Assembly: GCA_903885375.1 (NCBI GenBank)
Contig: CAISIK010000061.1
Coordinates: forward strand, 1,224 to 65,223
Length of the DNA: 64,000 bases
Reading direction: 5' to 3'
Source: an uncultured Pseudomonadota bacterium
Lineage (GTDB): Bacteria > Myxococcota_A > UBA796 > SXON01
The notes under the pieces were generated by a model. It made no database searches and had not been told where the DNA came from. It saw only the letters and a program-made list of their open reading frames with translations. The first letter of the stretch is position 1. Each line of letters opens with the position of its first letter. A program made the position numbers and the translations under genes. This document shows, in pieces, positions 45,571-54,131 of the stretch.

Positions 45571-46802
45571 TGGGCGTCTACGAGTACGCAGGGCTCGACG
45601 CCGCCGGCAAGCCGGTGAAGGGAGTGGTCGAAGCGGACTCGCAGAAGACCGCGCGGGCGCGCCTGCGCAAGCAGGGGCTCTACCCCACCGACGTGAACGA
45701 GCAGAAGCAGGGGTCGGTGCGGGGTTCGGGCCTGTCGATGGAGATCGACTTCTCGAAGTGGTTCCAGCGCGTGAGCCCGCAGGACATCGCCACGCTCACC
45801 ACGCAGATGTCCACGCTCGTGGGCGCGAACATCCCCATGGTGGAGGCGCTCGGCGCGCTCACGGAGCAGACCGAGAACCCCAAGCTCAAGGCCGTGCTCA
45901 CCGAAGTCACCGGCAAGGTGAACGAAGGCTTCACGCTCGCGAAGGCGCTCCGAGCCCACCCGACGGTGTTCGACGACCTCTTCGTGAACATGGTGGATGC
46001 GGGCGAGCAGTCCGGCGCGCTCGAGCTCGTGCTCACCCGGCTGAGCGCCTACACCGAAGCGAGCGTGGCCCTGCGGGGCAAGCTCGTGACCGCGATCACC
46101 TACCCCATCCTGATGATGGTGGTGTCGTCGGGGTTGGTGCTTGGCCTGTTCACCTTCGTGATCCCGCGAATCAAGCGCATCTTCGACAGCTTCGGCAAGG
46201 AGCTGCCCATCCTCACGCGGTTCCTTTTCGGGGTGTCCAACCTCGTCACCGAGCACTACATCATCCTCGGCGTGGTGGTCTTCGGGAGCATCTTCGGCGC
46301 CCGGTGGTGGCTGAAGACGCCCGCAGGCCGCGCCTGGTGGCACCGCAAGCAGCTCACCGTCCCGGTTTTCGGGCCGTTGAACCGCACGGTCGCGGTGTCG
46401 CGTTTCTGCCGTACCTTGGGCACCCTCCTCGTTTCCGGTGTTCCCATCCTCACCGCGCTGGCCATCGTGAAGACGGTCGTCGGCAACGACGTGATCGCCG
46501 CCGCCGTGGAGGGCGCCGGCAAGAACATCGCCGAGGGACAGTCCATCGCGGTGCCCCTGAAACAAAGTGGGGAGTTCCCACCAATCGTGACACACATGAT
46601 CACCATCGGGGAAAAAACCGGCGAGCTCGAAGGTATGTTGACCAAGGTGGCCGACGCATACGACGCCGAGGTGGAAAACACCGTCAACTCGCTCACTTCC
46701 CTGCTCACCCCCATCCTGACCATCTTCATGGGTCTGGTGGTTGCCACCATCGCGCTCGGCATCCTCCTCCCCATGCTCCAACTCGCTTCCGCCGTCAAAT
46801 AA
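45570..46802 (+). CDS. gspF: Type II secretion inner-membrane platform protein
   Basis: 410 aa; duplicated GspF domain (GANIPMVEAL / SGVPILTAL; GEQSGALE / GEKTGELE). TGATG overlap with gspE. Confidence 0.95.
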   Translation: MGVYEYAGLDAAGKPVKGVVEADSQKTARARLRKQGLYPTDVNEQKQGSVRGSGLSMEIDFSKWFQRVSPQDIATLTTQMSTLVGANIPMVEALGALTEQTENPKLKAVLTEVTGKVNEGFTLAKALRAHPTVFDDLFVNMVDAGEQSGALELVLTRLSAYTEASVALRGKLVTAITYPILMMVVSSGLVLGLFTFVIPRIKRIFDSFGKELPILTRFLFGVSNLVTEHYIILGVVVFGSIFGARWWLKTPAGRAWWHRKQLTVPVFGPLNRTVAVSRFCRTLGTLLVSGVPILTALAIVKTVVGNDVIAAAVEGAGKNIAEGQSIAVPLKQSGEFPPIVTHMITIGEKTGELEGMLTKVADAYDAEVENTVNSLTSLLTPILTIFMGLVVATIALGILLPMLQLASAVK

Positions 46803-46812
46803 AGGAGAACCC

Positions 46813-47229
46813 ATGCGCAAGTCCCGCCTCGTCACCAACCGGAAGGGCATGTCCCTCGTGGAGATCATGGTCGTGATCGCCATCATCGGCGTGCTGATGA
46901 CCGTGATCGCCGTCAACGTGACCGGCTTCCTCGACGACGCCAACGTGTCCTCGACCAAGATCCAGATCAACAACCTCGAGAAGGCCCTCGTGGCCTACTC
47001 GGCGAAGCACAAGGGCAAGTACCCTTCGACCTCCGAAGGCCTCGACGCGGCCAAGAAGTACTTCCCGAACGACACCACGCCGCAGGATGCCTGGGGCAAC
47101 AACTTCCAGTACTACTCGCCCGGCACGCACGGCAAGCACGACTACGAGATCGTCTCGCTGGGCAAGGACGGCAAGGAGGGCGGCGAGGAGTCCGACGCCG
47201 ACATCTACAGCTGGGCGATGGCCGACTGA
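46813..47229 (+). CDS. gspG: Major pseudopilin
   Basis: 138 aa; AAGGAG RBS at 46802-46807. Prepilin motif KG/MSLVEIMVVIAIIGVL; GspG blocks DAWGNNFQY and SLGKDGKEGG. Confidence 0.95.
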   Translation: MRKSRLVTNRKGMSLVEIMVVIAIIGVLMTVIAVNVTGFLDDANVSSTKIQINNLEKALVAYSAKHKGKYPSTSEGLDAAKKYFPNDTTPQDAWGNNFQYYSPGTHGKHDYEIVSLGKDGKEGGEESDADIYSWAMAD

Positions 47230-47230
47230 C

Positions 47231-47935
47231 ATGAAGCGCGGGGTCACCCTCATCGAGATGATGGTGGTGATGGCGGTCATGGCCGTCGTCATCGCCGTGG
47301 GCGCGCCTGTGCTCACCTCGGTGTTCGACCTCCAGCAGCGCGGCGCGGCGAAGACCCTCGCCGATGCCTACCGGCTCCTCCAGACCGAGGCAATGCTCCG
47401 CAACGTGACCTTCCGCATCGCCTACAACCTCGATCGGTCCACGTGGAGCGTGGAGGTGGGCGATCCTTCGGCGCTCATCTTCACCGACCCGCGCAGCCGC
47501 GAGGAGTGGGAGGAGGAGCAGCAGCGGAAGTTGAAGCGTTTTACCAAGAAGGAGATCGAGTCGGGGGAGGCGAGCGACATCACCGATCAGGGCGGTCGCT
47601 TTTCCGGGCTCGAGGTTCCCGGCTTCCCCACCAAGGGCGAGCTTCCCGACAGTTGCCGCTTCGCCTACGTGTACACCCCGCAGTACGGCGATCCGGTCAC
47701 CCCTTCGGAGCAGATGCCCGAGGAAAAGGAAGACGAACGGGTGGTGTACAGCCACATCTTCCCCGACGGCACGATGGAGTTCACGGTGGTCCGCATCGTG
47801 GACGTAGAGGACCCGGCCGATGGCTACACGGTGGAGGTGGAGCCCTTTTCCGGGCAGGTGCGCCTGGAAACGGAGGAGGCCTCGATCGGCTCCAGCCTGT
47901 CGTGGATTCCGTCGGAGGCGCCGACCAGCCGATGA
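47231..47935 (+). CDS. gspH: Minor pseudopilin, GspH-like
   Basis: 234 aa; prepilin motif RG/VTLIEMMVVMAV. The name is assigned by operon position. Confidence 0.6.
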   Translation: MKRGVTLIEMMVVMAVMAVVIAVGAPVLTSVFDLQQRGAAKTLADAYRLLQTEAMLRNVTFRIAYNLDRSTWSVEVGDPSALIFTDPRSREEWEEEQQRKLKRFTKKEIESGEASDITDQGGRFSGLEVPGFPTKGELPDSCRFAYVYTPQYGDPVTPSEQMPEEKEDERVVYSHIFPDGTMEFTVVRIVDVEDPADGYTVEVEPFSGQVRLETEEASIGSSLSWIPSEAPTSR

Positions 47936-48582
47936 TCCGCCGCCACGCCTTCACCCTCATGGAGATCGTGATCTCCCTCGCGATCCTCGCCGTCTCGCTG
48001 ATGGTGCTCGTGGAGTCGCAGATCGCCAGCGTCGTCCAGACGATGGATGGGCAGCGCATCCTCACGGCCACCCAACTGGCGGAGGCCAAGCTGGCCGAGG
48101 TGCTGCTCACGCTCGAGATGGAAGGCTTCCAGGAGAGCGAGAAGGGCGAGGAGGGCACCTTCGAGGAGTTCGGCGACAACGGCGAGTACGGCGAGGTCGT
48201 GGACTTCGAGGGCGAGTACGACGACTACGGCTACGCCTGGACCGTGCGCAAAGTGGAGATGCAGCTCGGCGACATCGGCGGCACCCTCGAGGAGCTGCAG
48301 CAGTCGGGCGAGCTCGACCAGACCGGCACCGGAACGACCTCCTCGGCGGATGACGCCGGCATCGACTCCTCGATGTTCTCGAGTTTCCTGTCGCCGGACA
48401 CCATCAACGACACCCTCTCGCCCTGGATGCGGGAGGTGCGCGTGATCGTGTGGTGGGGCGACGATCCGGGGGAGCAGGAGGGGGAGTCCAGCTGCGAGAA
48501 CTGTGTCGAGATCGTGACCCACGTCTTCAACCCGAGCGGCAAGGTGTTCAACACCGAGTCCGGCGCGGCGGAGACTCCATGA
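47932..48582 (+). CDS. gspI: Minor pseudopilin, GspI-like, with acidic insert
   Basis: 216 aa; HA/FTLMEIVISLAIL; ATGA overlap. Acidic insert EGFQESEKGEEGTFEEFGDNGEYGEVVDFEGEYDDYG. Confidence 0.6.
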   Translation: MIRRHAFTLMEIVISLAILAVSLMVLVESQIASVVQTMDGQRILTATQLAEAKLAEVLLTLEMEGFQESEKGEEGTFEEFGDNGEYGEVVDFEGEYDDYGYAWTVRKVEMQLGDIGGTLEELQQSGELDQTGTGTTSSADDAGIDSSMFSSFLSPDTINDTLSPWMREVRVIVWWGDDPGEQEGESSCENCVEIVTHVFNPSGKVFNTESGAAETP

Positions 48583-49298
48583 TGCGGTCTCGCGCCGGCT
48601 TCTCGCTGCTCGAGGTGGTGGTGGCCCTCGGCATCATGGGCCTGATCGGGTTGATCACGTTCGAGACCATCGCCAGCGCGCTCGACACGCGCGATGTGCT
48701 GGAGGAGGAGGATGCCTCCAACCAGTCCGCGCGTGTGGCGCTCGATCGCCTCCGGCGCGACCTTCGGGTGGCCTACCTCACCACCAACACCAGCGCGGTG
48801 AACACCTACAAGACGCAGTTCATCGGCAAGAACGACGGTCCCGATTCATTGTGGTTCACCACCCTGTCGCACCACCGCCTGTTCCGCGAATCGCGCGAAT
48901 GCGACCAGACCGAGGTCACCTATTGGACCGAGGACGACCCCACGATGAAGGGCGCCAAGGTGCTCTTGAGGCGCGAGGCGCCGCGTATCGACAACGAGCC
49001 CGAGAAAGGCGGGCTCATCGCGCCGTTGGCCTACAACCTGAAGGCCGTGGAATACCGCTACATCAACCCGAAGACCAACGAGTGGTTGGAGGAGTGGGAC
49101 AGCACCGGGGTGGACCTCGCGAACAAGCTGCCGCGTGCCGTGCAGATCGCCCTGGTGTTCCTCGTGGCCGATCCGGACGATCCCGAAAAGCTCGTGGAGC
49201 GTCCGTACGCCACCACCGTGATGCTGTACTACGGCGACAAGCTCACCACCAAGGTGAGCAGCAGCGACAGCACGAGCAGCACCGAGGACAACAACTGA
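48579..49298 (+). CDS. gspJ: Minor pseudopilin, GspJ-like
   Basis: 239 aa; AG/FSLLEVVVALGI; ATGA overlap; GspJ-like RVALDRLRRDLR block. Confidence 0.65.
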   Translation: MMRSRAGFSLLEVVVALGIMGLIGLITFETIASALDTRDVLEEEDASNQSARVALDRLRRDLRVAYLTTNTSAVNTYKTQFIGKNDGPDSLWFTTLSHHRLFRESRECDQTEVTYWTEDDPTMKGAKVLLRREAPRIDNEPEKGGLIAPLAYNLKAVEYRYINPKTNEWLEEWDSTGVDLANKLPRAVQIALVFLVADPDDPEKLVERPYATTVMLYYGDKLTTKVSSSDSTSSTEDNN

Positions 49299-50521
49299 TG
49301 CCCTCGTTGCGCCAGCTGCGTCGCCAGCGTGCCCGGCGCTCCCGCGGTGGGATCGCGCTGCTCGTGGTGATCGCCGCGGTGATGTTCCTGACCGTGCTCG
49401 TCACCGACATCGACTTCGGCTCCCGCGTTCGTTTCGTGGCGGCCGCGCACAGCCGCGATGGCTCGCAGGCCTACTGGGTGGCCAACTCGGGCATGAGCCT
49501 CTACCGGCTCGTCCTGATGGGGAACAAGCAGCTCGGAAAATACCTCACCGGCTCGGGCAAGGACTTCTGCGAGGTGGTGGCGATGCAGGGCATCAGCTGC
49601 AGCGACCCGCTCCTCAGCTTCATCCCCTTCCTCAACACGGGCATGCTGCGGAGCATGCTCGTGAGCGGCGGCGACCTCGAAGAGGAAGACATCGAGGAGC
49701 TGAAGGCCACCGGCCAGGCCACCGAGGCCACCACCGACGAGTCCCGCGAGAAGTCGGCGTCCCGCTTCGGAAAGCAGGGGTTCCTCGACTTCAACGGTGA
49801 CTTCACCGCTACCGTGCAGGGCGAGGACTGCAAGGTGAACATTTCGGGCCTCGCCACGCACAGCGAGCCCCTGAGCGAGGACCCGCTCTACGAGATGCTC
49901 GAGCAGCTGATGTCGGGCGAGGAGAACGAAGCCTGGCTCCGCGAACGGAACCTCACGGCGCTCGAGCTCATCGGCAACCTCGCCGACTGGGTGGACTCCG
50001 ACTCCAACGTGGCCAGCGGCAACGGCAGCTACGAAGACAACCTCTACAGCGGCCTCGCCAGCCCGTACATGACCAAGAACGCCCCGTTCGACAGCACCGA
50101 GGAAATCCGGCTCGTGGAGGGGTGGCAGGACTCCGTGTACGAGCGCTGGGGCGACAAGCTCACGATCTACGGGTCGAAGAAGGTGAACATCACCTGCGCG
50201 GACAAGGAAGTCCTCAAGATGATGCTCCGGGCCTACGGGGGGCTCACCACGGACTCGCAAGTCGATGCGGCGCTCACCGCGCTCGAACAGTACAAGCTGC
50301 AGGGCAACGTGATCGCCACCTGTGATCAATTCTCCAAGGCCCTCACCGAGGAGCAGGGGATCACGATGTCGAGTGATTTTGCCGAGAAGTGCACCAATCG
50401 CAACACGGTGTACCGGGTCACCTCCACGGGGGTGGTGTCCAATGTGAACGTGAAGATCACCGCGGTGATCGATCAATCGAGTTCCGACGCGGGTCGCGTG
50501 AAATACTGGCTGGTGGAGTAA
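49298..50521 (+). CDS. gspK: Minor pseudopilin GspK-like
   Basis: 407 aa; hydrophobic N-terminus GIALLVVIAAVMFL without Glu+5. GspK-like SYEDNLY..PYMTKNAPFDSTEEIRLVEGW block. TGATG overlap. Confidence 0.7.
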   Translation: MPSLRQLRRQRARRSRGGIALLVVIAAVMFLTVLVTDIDFGSRVRFVAAAHSRDGSQAYWVANSGMSLYRLVLMGNKQLGKYLTGSGKDFCEVVAMQGISCSDPLLSFIPFLNTGMLRSMLVSGGDLEEEDIEELKATGQATEATTDESREKSASRFGKQGFLDFNGDFTATVQGEDCKVNISGLATHSEPLSEDPLYEMLEQLMSGEENEAWLRERNLTALELIGNLADWVDSDSNVASGNGSYEDNLYSGLASPYMTKNAPFDSTEEIRLVEGWQDSVYERWGDKLTIYGSKKVNITCADKEVLKMMLRAYGGLTTDSQVDAALTALEQYKLQGNVIATCDQFSKALTEEQGITMSSDFAEKCTNRNTVYRVTSTGVVSNVNVKITAVIDQSSSDAGRVKYWLVE

Positions 50522-50523
50522 GC

Positions 50524-52131
50524 ATGGCGCAGGTTCAAGGCATTGATCTCGGAGCGTGGCGCGTTCGCGTCGCCACGATGGACGGCAGTTTCCGCCGTCG
50601 CATCCTCCGCGACGTGGTGGAGATGGATGCCTCGGTGGGCACCGGCAAGGCCATCGAGGCCATCGCAGCCGGCGAGCCCGGCTGGTCCACCGCGGAGCGC
50701 GCTGCGGCCTTCCCGCTGGAGCAGGGTGCCGTGCGCACGGTGCGCATGCCCTTCACCGACCGCGCCACGATCGCCCGGGCGCTCCCCGCGGAGATCGAGA
50801 GCAACGTCCCCTACGAGCTCGACGAGATGGTGCTCGCGTCGCGGGTCATCCTCCAGGACAAGGCGGGTTCGCTCACCCGGGCCGTCATCGCACCGAAGGT
50901 GGAGCTCCGCGATCGGCTCGCCCTCCTCGTCGCGGCAGGGTCGGAGCCGAAGCTGGTGGTGCTGGATGCCGAAGCGCTGGCTTCGTACTCGGACCGTGGG
51001 GTGCAGGCGGTGATCGACTTCGGTCACGAGCGCATCCTGATGGCGCTGTGTCGGGGGGGCGAGCTGCTCGCGGGGCGCCTGATCCCAATGGGCGGCGCGG
51101 CGTTGACGCAGGCTATCGCGGAAGCGCTGAACGTCCCGGTCGCGGATGCGGAAGCCATCAAGCACGAGGCAGCCGTGCCGGCCGATCGCGACGACGGATG
51201 GCGGGGATCGGAGCCCACCGACGGGCAGGGCACGCGGGTGGACGCCCAACGGGTGCTGGCCGCCCTGATTCCCGTGCTCGACGACCAGATCGCCGAGCTC
51301 CGGGCGCGCCTCGTGGCCTTCGAGGATGAGTTCGAGGTGGGCATCGACGAGGTCCTGCTGGCCGGCGGCGGCAGCCAGCTCGCGGGTGTGGCCGACCGCA
51401 TCGCCACCTTCGTGGGGGTGCCCTGCCGCTCGGTCATCGTGCCGGGTGGCCACCCGCCCGCGTGTGCGCTGGCCGTGGCGCTCGCACGCGTGGCGGCCGG
51501 CGAAGTGCCGGCTACCGACCTCCGGATCGGCGAGTTCACCTTCCGCGGTCACGCGGAAATCCTCTGGAACGTGGTGAGCTACGGCGGCCTCGCCACCGCG
51601 GGAGCCCTGCTCGTGGGAACCCTGGTGCTCGGCGTGCGTGTGATGCAGGCATGGGACGAAATGAGCGCGCTCGACACGCGCATCGTCGACTCCGTGAACC
51701 GCAGCGTGCCCGGCGTCGACCCGTCGCGGCTCTCCGACTCGGGCATGGCGCTCGCCATCGTGCAGGAACGCGCGGATGCGATGGAGGAGCGCGTGAACAC
51801 GTTGGGGAGCATCGTCGGGGGCGAGCCGCCCACGCTGGGCATGCTCAAGCGCCTCTCCGACTCGCTGCCCGCCAACCAGGTGGCCCGGGTCGACGTTCGC
51901 GAGCTCACCCTCACCGCCGAGGCGCTCAGCTTCAAGGCCGAGACCGACAGCTACGAGTCCGTGGCCAAGATCGAAGAAACGCTGAAGGCCACGACCACCT
52001 TCGCCCAGGCGGTGAAGGGGGAGGAGAAAAAATCTGGCGAAATGCTGGTGTTCAACATGAGCATTCCGCTCGGTGAGCCGGAAGCCAAGGCCGAAGAAGG
52101 CGTCGAAGCAGACGCCGGCAAGGAGGGTTGA
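50524..52131 (+). CDS. gspL: GspL-like assembly protein (actin-like/PilM-type N-domain, TM, periplasmic domain)
   Basis: 535 aa; GIDLGAWRVRVA and AVIDFGHERI actin-fold motifs; TM VVSYGGLATAGALLVGTLVLGV. Confidence 0.7.
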   Translation: MAQVQGIDLGAWRVRVATMDGSFRRRILRDVVEMDASVGTGKAIEAIAAGEPGWSTAERAAAFPLEQGAVRTVRMPFTDRATIARALPAEIESNVPYELDEMVLASRVILQDKAGSLTRAVIAPKVELRDRLALLVAAGSEPKLVVLDAEALASYSDRGVQAVIDFGHERILMALCRGGELLAGRLIPMGGAALTQAIAEALNVPVADAEAIKHEAAVPADRDDGWRGSEPTDGQGTRVDAQRVLAALIPVLDDQIAELRARLVAFEDEFEVGIDEVLLAGGGSQLAGVADRIATFVGVPCRSVIVPGGHPPACALAVALARVAAGEVPATDLRIGEFTFRGHAEILWNVVSYGGLATAGALLVGTLVLGVRVMQAWDEMSALDTRIVDSVNRSVPGVDPSRLSDSGMALAIVQERADAMEERVNTLGSIVGGEPPTLGMLKRLSDSLPANQVARVDVRELTLTAEALSFKAETDSYESVAKIEETLKATTTFAQAVKGEEKKSGEMLVFNMSIPLGEPEAKAEEGVEADAGKEG

Positions 52132-52724
52132 TGTCCGCGCTCCTCGAACCCGCACGCGCCCGTTTCAACGGGTACGTCTCCGACATGAGCCCGCGCGATC
52201 GCGCGCTCTTCCTCGGCCTCACCCTCAGCCTCTACGGCGGGCTCCTCCTCGGCGCCCTCTGGCTCGGCAGCTCCATCCTCGGCGACCTGCGCTCCCGTAG
52301 CTCGGCGCGGGATGCCGTGGCCACCCGGCTCGAAGCGATGGAGTCGGAGCTGAAAGCCAATTCGGCGAAGGCGGCCGAGATCGAAACCGTCCTGCGCGAG
52401 AACGCCAACCAGGACCTGCCGAGTTTTGTGGAGAAGGCCGCCCTGAAGCTGAGCCTCGGGAGCAACCTCAAGGCCGTGAAGGCCAAGGGCACGACCTCGA
52501 TCGGCAACATCGAGGAGAAGTCCTTCAACATCGAGCTCGACAAGATCTCGCTCGGGCAGCTCACCGAGCTCCTGTTCGAGATGGAGACCACCGGCTACCC
52601 CCTGCGCATCCGCACCACGCGCCTGAAGACCGTTGGCCCTCCGGGCCAGCGCCTCCTCTCGGGCACCCTGGAAGTCAGCCGTTTCAAGCTCGATGAGTCG
52701 GGCACCACCACCGAGGGGAACTAG
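52131..52724 (+). CDS. gspM: GspM-like protein
   Basis: 197 aa from ATG 52131 (TGATG overlap). Single TM LFLGLTLSLYGGLLLGALWL followed by a periplasmic domain. The name is assigned by position and size. Confidence 0.6.
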   Translation: MSALLEPARARFNGYVSDMSPRDRALFLGLTLSLYGGLLLGALWLGSSILGDLRSRSSARDAVATRLEAMESELKANSAKAAEIETVLRENANQDLPSFVEKAALKLSLGSNLKAVKAKGTTSIGNIEEKSFNIELDKISLGQLTELLFEMETTGYPLRIRTTRLKTVGPPGQRLLSGTLEVSRFKLDESGTTTEGN

Positions 52725-54047
52725 ATGATCCGCTGGGCGCTTCTGTTGGCCGGCTGTGCGGGTGCTTCGCTCCTCGGCCTCGCGTTTGGCTTCTACGCCA
52801 CCTTCCCCTCCGAAGAGGCGGCGACCTACGCCGAATACGAGTTCCACCACCGCAATCGCGACTACGCGATGGAGGTCGGCGACGTCTCGCCGTGGTGGAT
52901 TCCGGGTGTTCGCGCCACCGACGTCACGATCTACACGGTGAAGCGCGGTCGGCGCACGAAGGACGTGCCCAAGCCCGGCCTCGAGCGTACGCCGATGCTC
53001 AAGCTCGATTCGCTCGGGGTTCGCGCCCAGGTGCTCCCGCTCCTGATGGGCAGGGAGAGCTACGGGTTCAGCGCGGCGCTGATCGGTGGCACCGTGGCAG
53101 GCCACTTCGCGCAGGGGGATGCCGGCATCGACCTCTCCTTCGCCGCGTCGGGTCTCGACCTCACGCAGATGCCGATCGAGAAGGACAACGTGATCGTCCA
53201 CCTCGGCGGCACCCTTTCCGGAAAGAGCGACCTTTCGCTCGACGCCGAGGACGTGCAGAACTCCACCGGCTCGCTCTCCTTCTCCTTCGATGGCCTGAAG
53301 CTCGACGAGGGCACGAAGGTCATGGGCATCGCGCTCCCGGTCGTCACCTTCGCCACGGCGGCCGTAAAACTCGACGCCACGGAGGGCAAGCTCGTGGTGA
53401 GCGAGGGCACGTTCGACGGCGATGTGCTCGACATGACGCTGGTGGGCGACATCGCGTTGAACAAGAAGCTCGCGCGGAGCCGCAACCGCCTGGAGCTGAT
53501 GGTCACGCTTCCCGAAGACCTCGACCGCCTCGCGAAGATCGCGCCGCTGATGAAACGGGCGCGTGATTCCGAAGGCACCTACCACTTCAACATCGGCGGA
53601 ACGATCCTGAGCCCGACGTTCCGCGCCGGGAAAGCGGCGGCCGGCGGCCTCGCCAGCAGCGACGAGCCGGGCGGATCGCGCATCGGTGGGCTCGGGCCGG
53701 CGATGGGGGAGGATGAGGCGGGCGACGCCAATCCGGATGACGCGCGCGAGGAGCGGCGGAAGCGTCGCGAGGAGCGCATCAAGGAGCGCCGCGAGCGCCT
53801 GCGGAAGCGCCGCGAGGAGGCCGCGGCGAACGGGGGAGGGGGTGCCATCGGCGATGAGCACGACGAGGAGCCGGTGGGCGAGGACATGGAGGAGCCTCGG
53901 ATCGGTCGCCGTCCCCGCGCCAACATGGGCGAAGAGGACGTGGAACAGGGCGACTTCGACATGGGCCGCGGGCCCCCGCAGATGGACATGCCCGACATCG
54001 GCCCTCCCGGCAACGAAGGGCCTGCGGAGGACTTCGAGGAGCAGTAG
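52725..54047 (+). CDS. gspN: GspN-like protein with long charged C-terminal tail
   Basis: 440 aa; the start abuts the gspM stop. N-terminal TM, a GspN-like body (~300 aa), then the tail EERRKRREERIKERRERLRKRREE... and an acidic end. Confidence 0.6.
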   Translation: MIRWALLLAGCAGASLLGLAFGFYATFPSEEAATYAEYEFHHRNRDYAMEVGDVSPWWIPGVRATDVTIYTVKRGRRTKDVPKPGLERTPMLKLDSLGVRAQVLPLLMGRESYGFSAALIGGTVAGHFAQGDAGIDLSFAASGLDLTQMPIEKDNVIVHLGGTLSGKSDLSLDAEDVQNSTGSLSFSFDGLKLDEGTKVMGIALPVVTFATAAVKLDATEGKLVVSEGTFDGDVLDMTLVGDIALNKKLARSRNRLELMVTLPEDLDRLAKIAPLMKRARDSEGTYHFNIGGTILSPTFRAGKAAAGGLASSDEPGGSRIGGLGPAMGEDEAGDANPDDAREERRKRREERIKERRERLRKRREEAAANGGGGAIGDEHDEEPVGEDMEEPRIGRRPRANMGEEDVEQGDFDMGRGPPQMDMPDIGPPGNEGPAEDFEEQ

Positions 54048-54131
54048 CGGCACGGAACGCCGCATGGCAAGATCCTGCGGCCAGACGCGGCGCCGGTCGA
54101 CCGGTTAGCCCTGCCGAGCCGTGGGAGTCCG

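Noticed and set aside
54093-54104. 12-nt perfect palindrome CCGGTCGACCGG upstream of the LTD gene, considered as a possible operator
   Set aside because: Palindromes of this length are expected by chance many times in 64 kb of GC-rich DNA (roughly one per 4 kb). There is no second half-site or repeat, so I cannot support a regulatory call.
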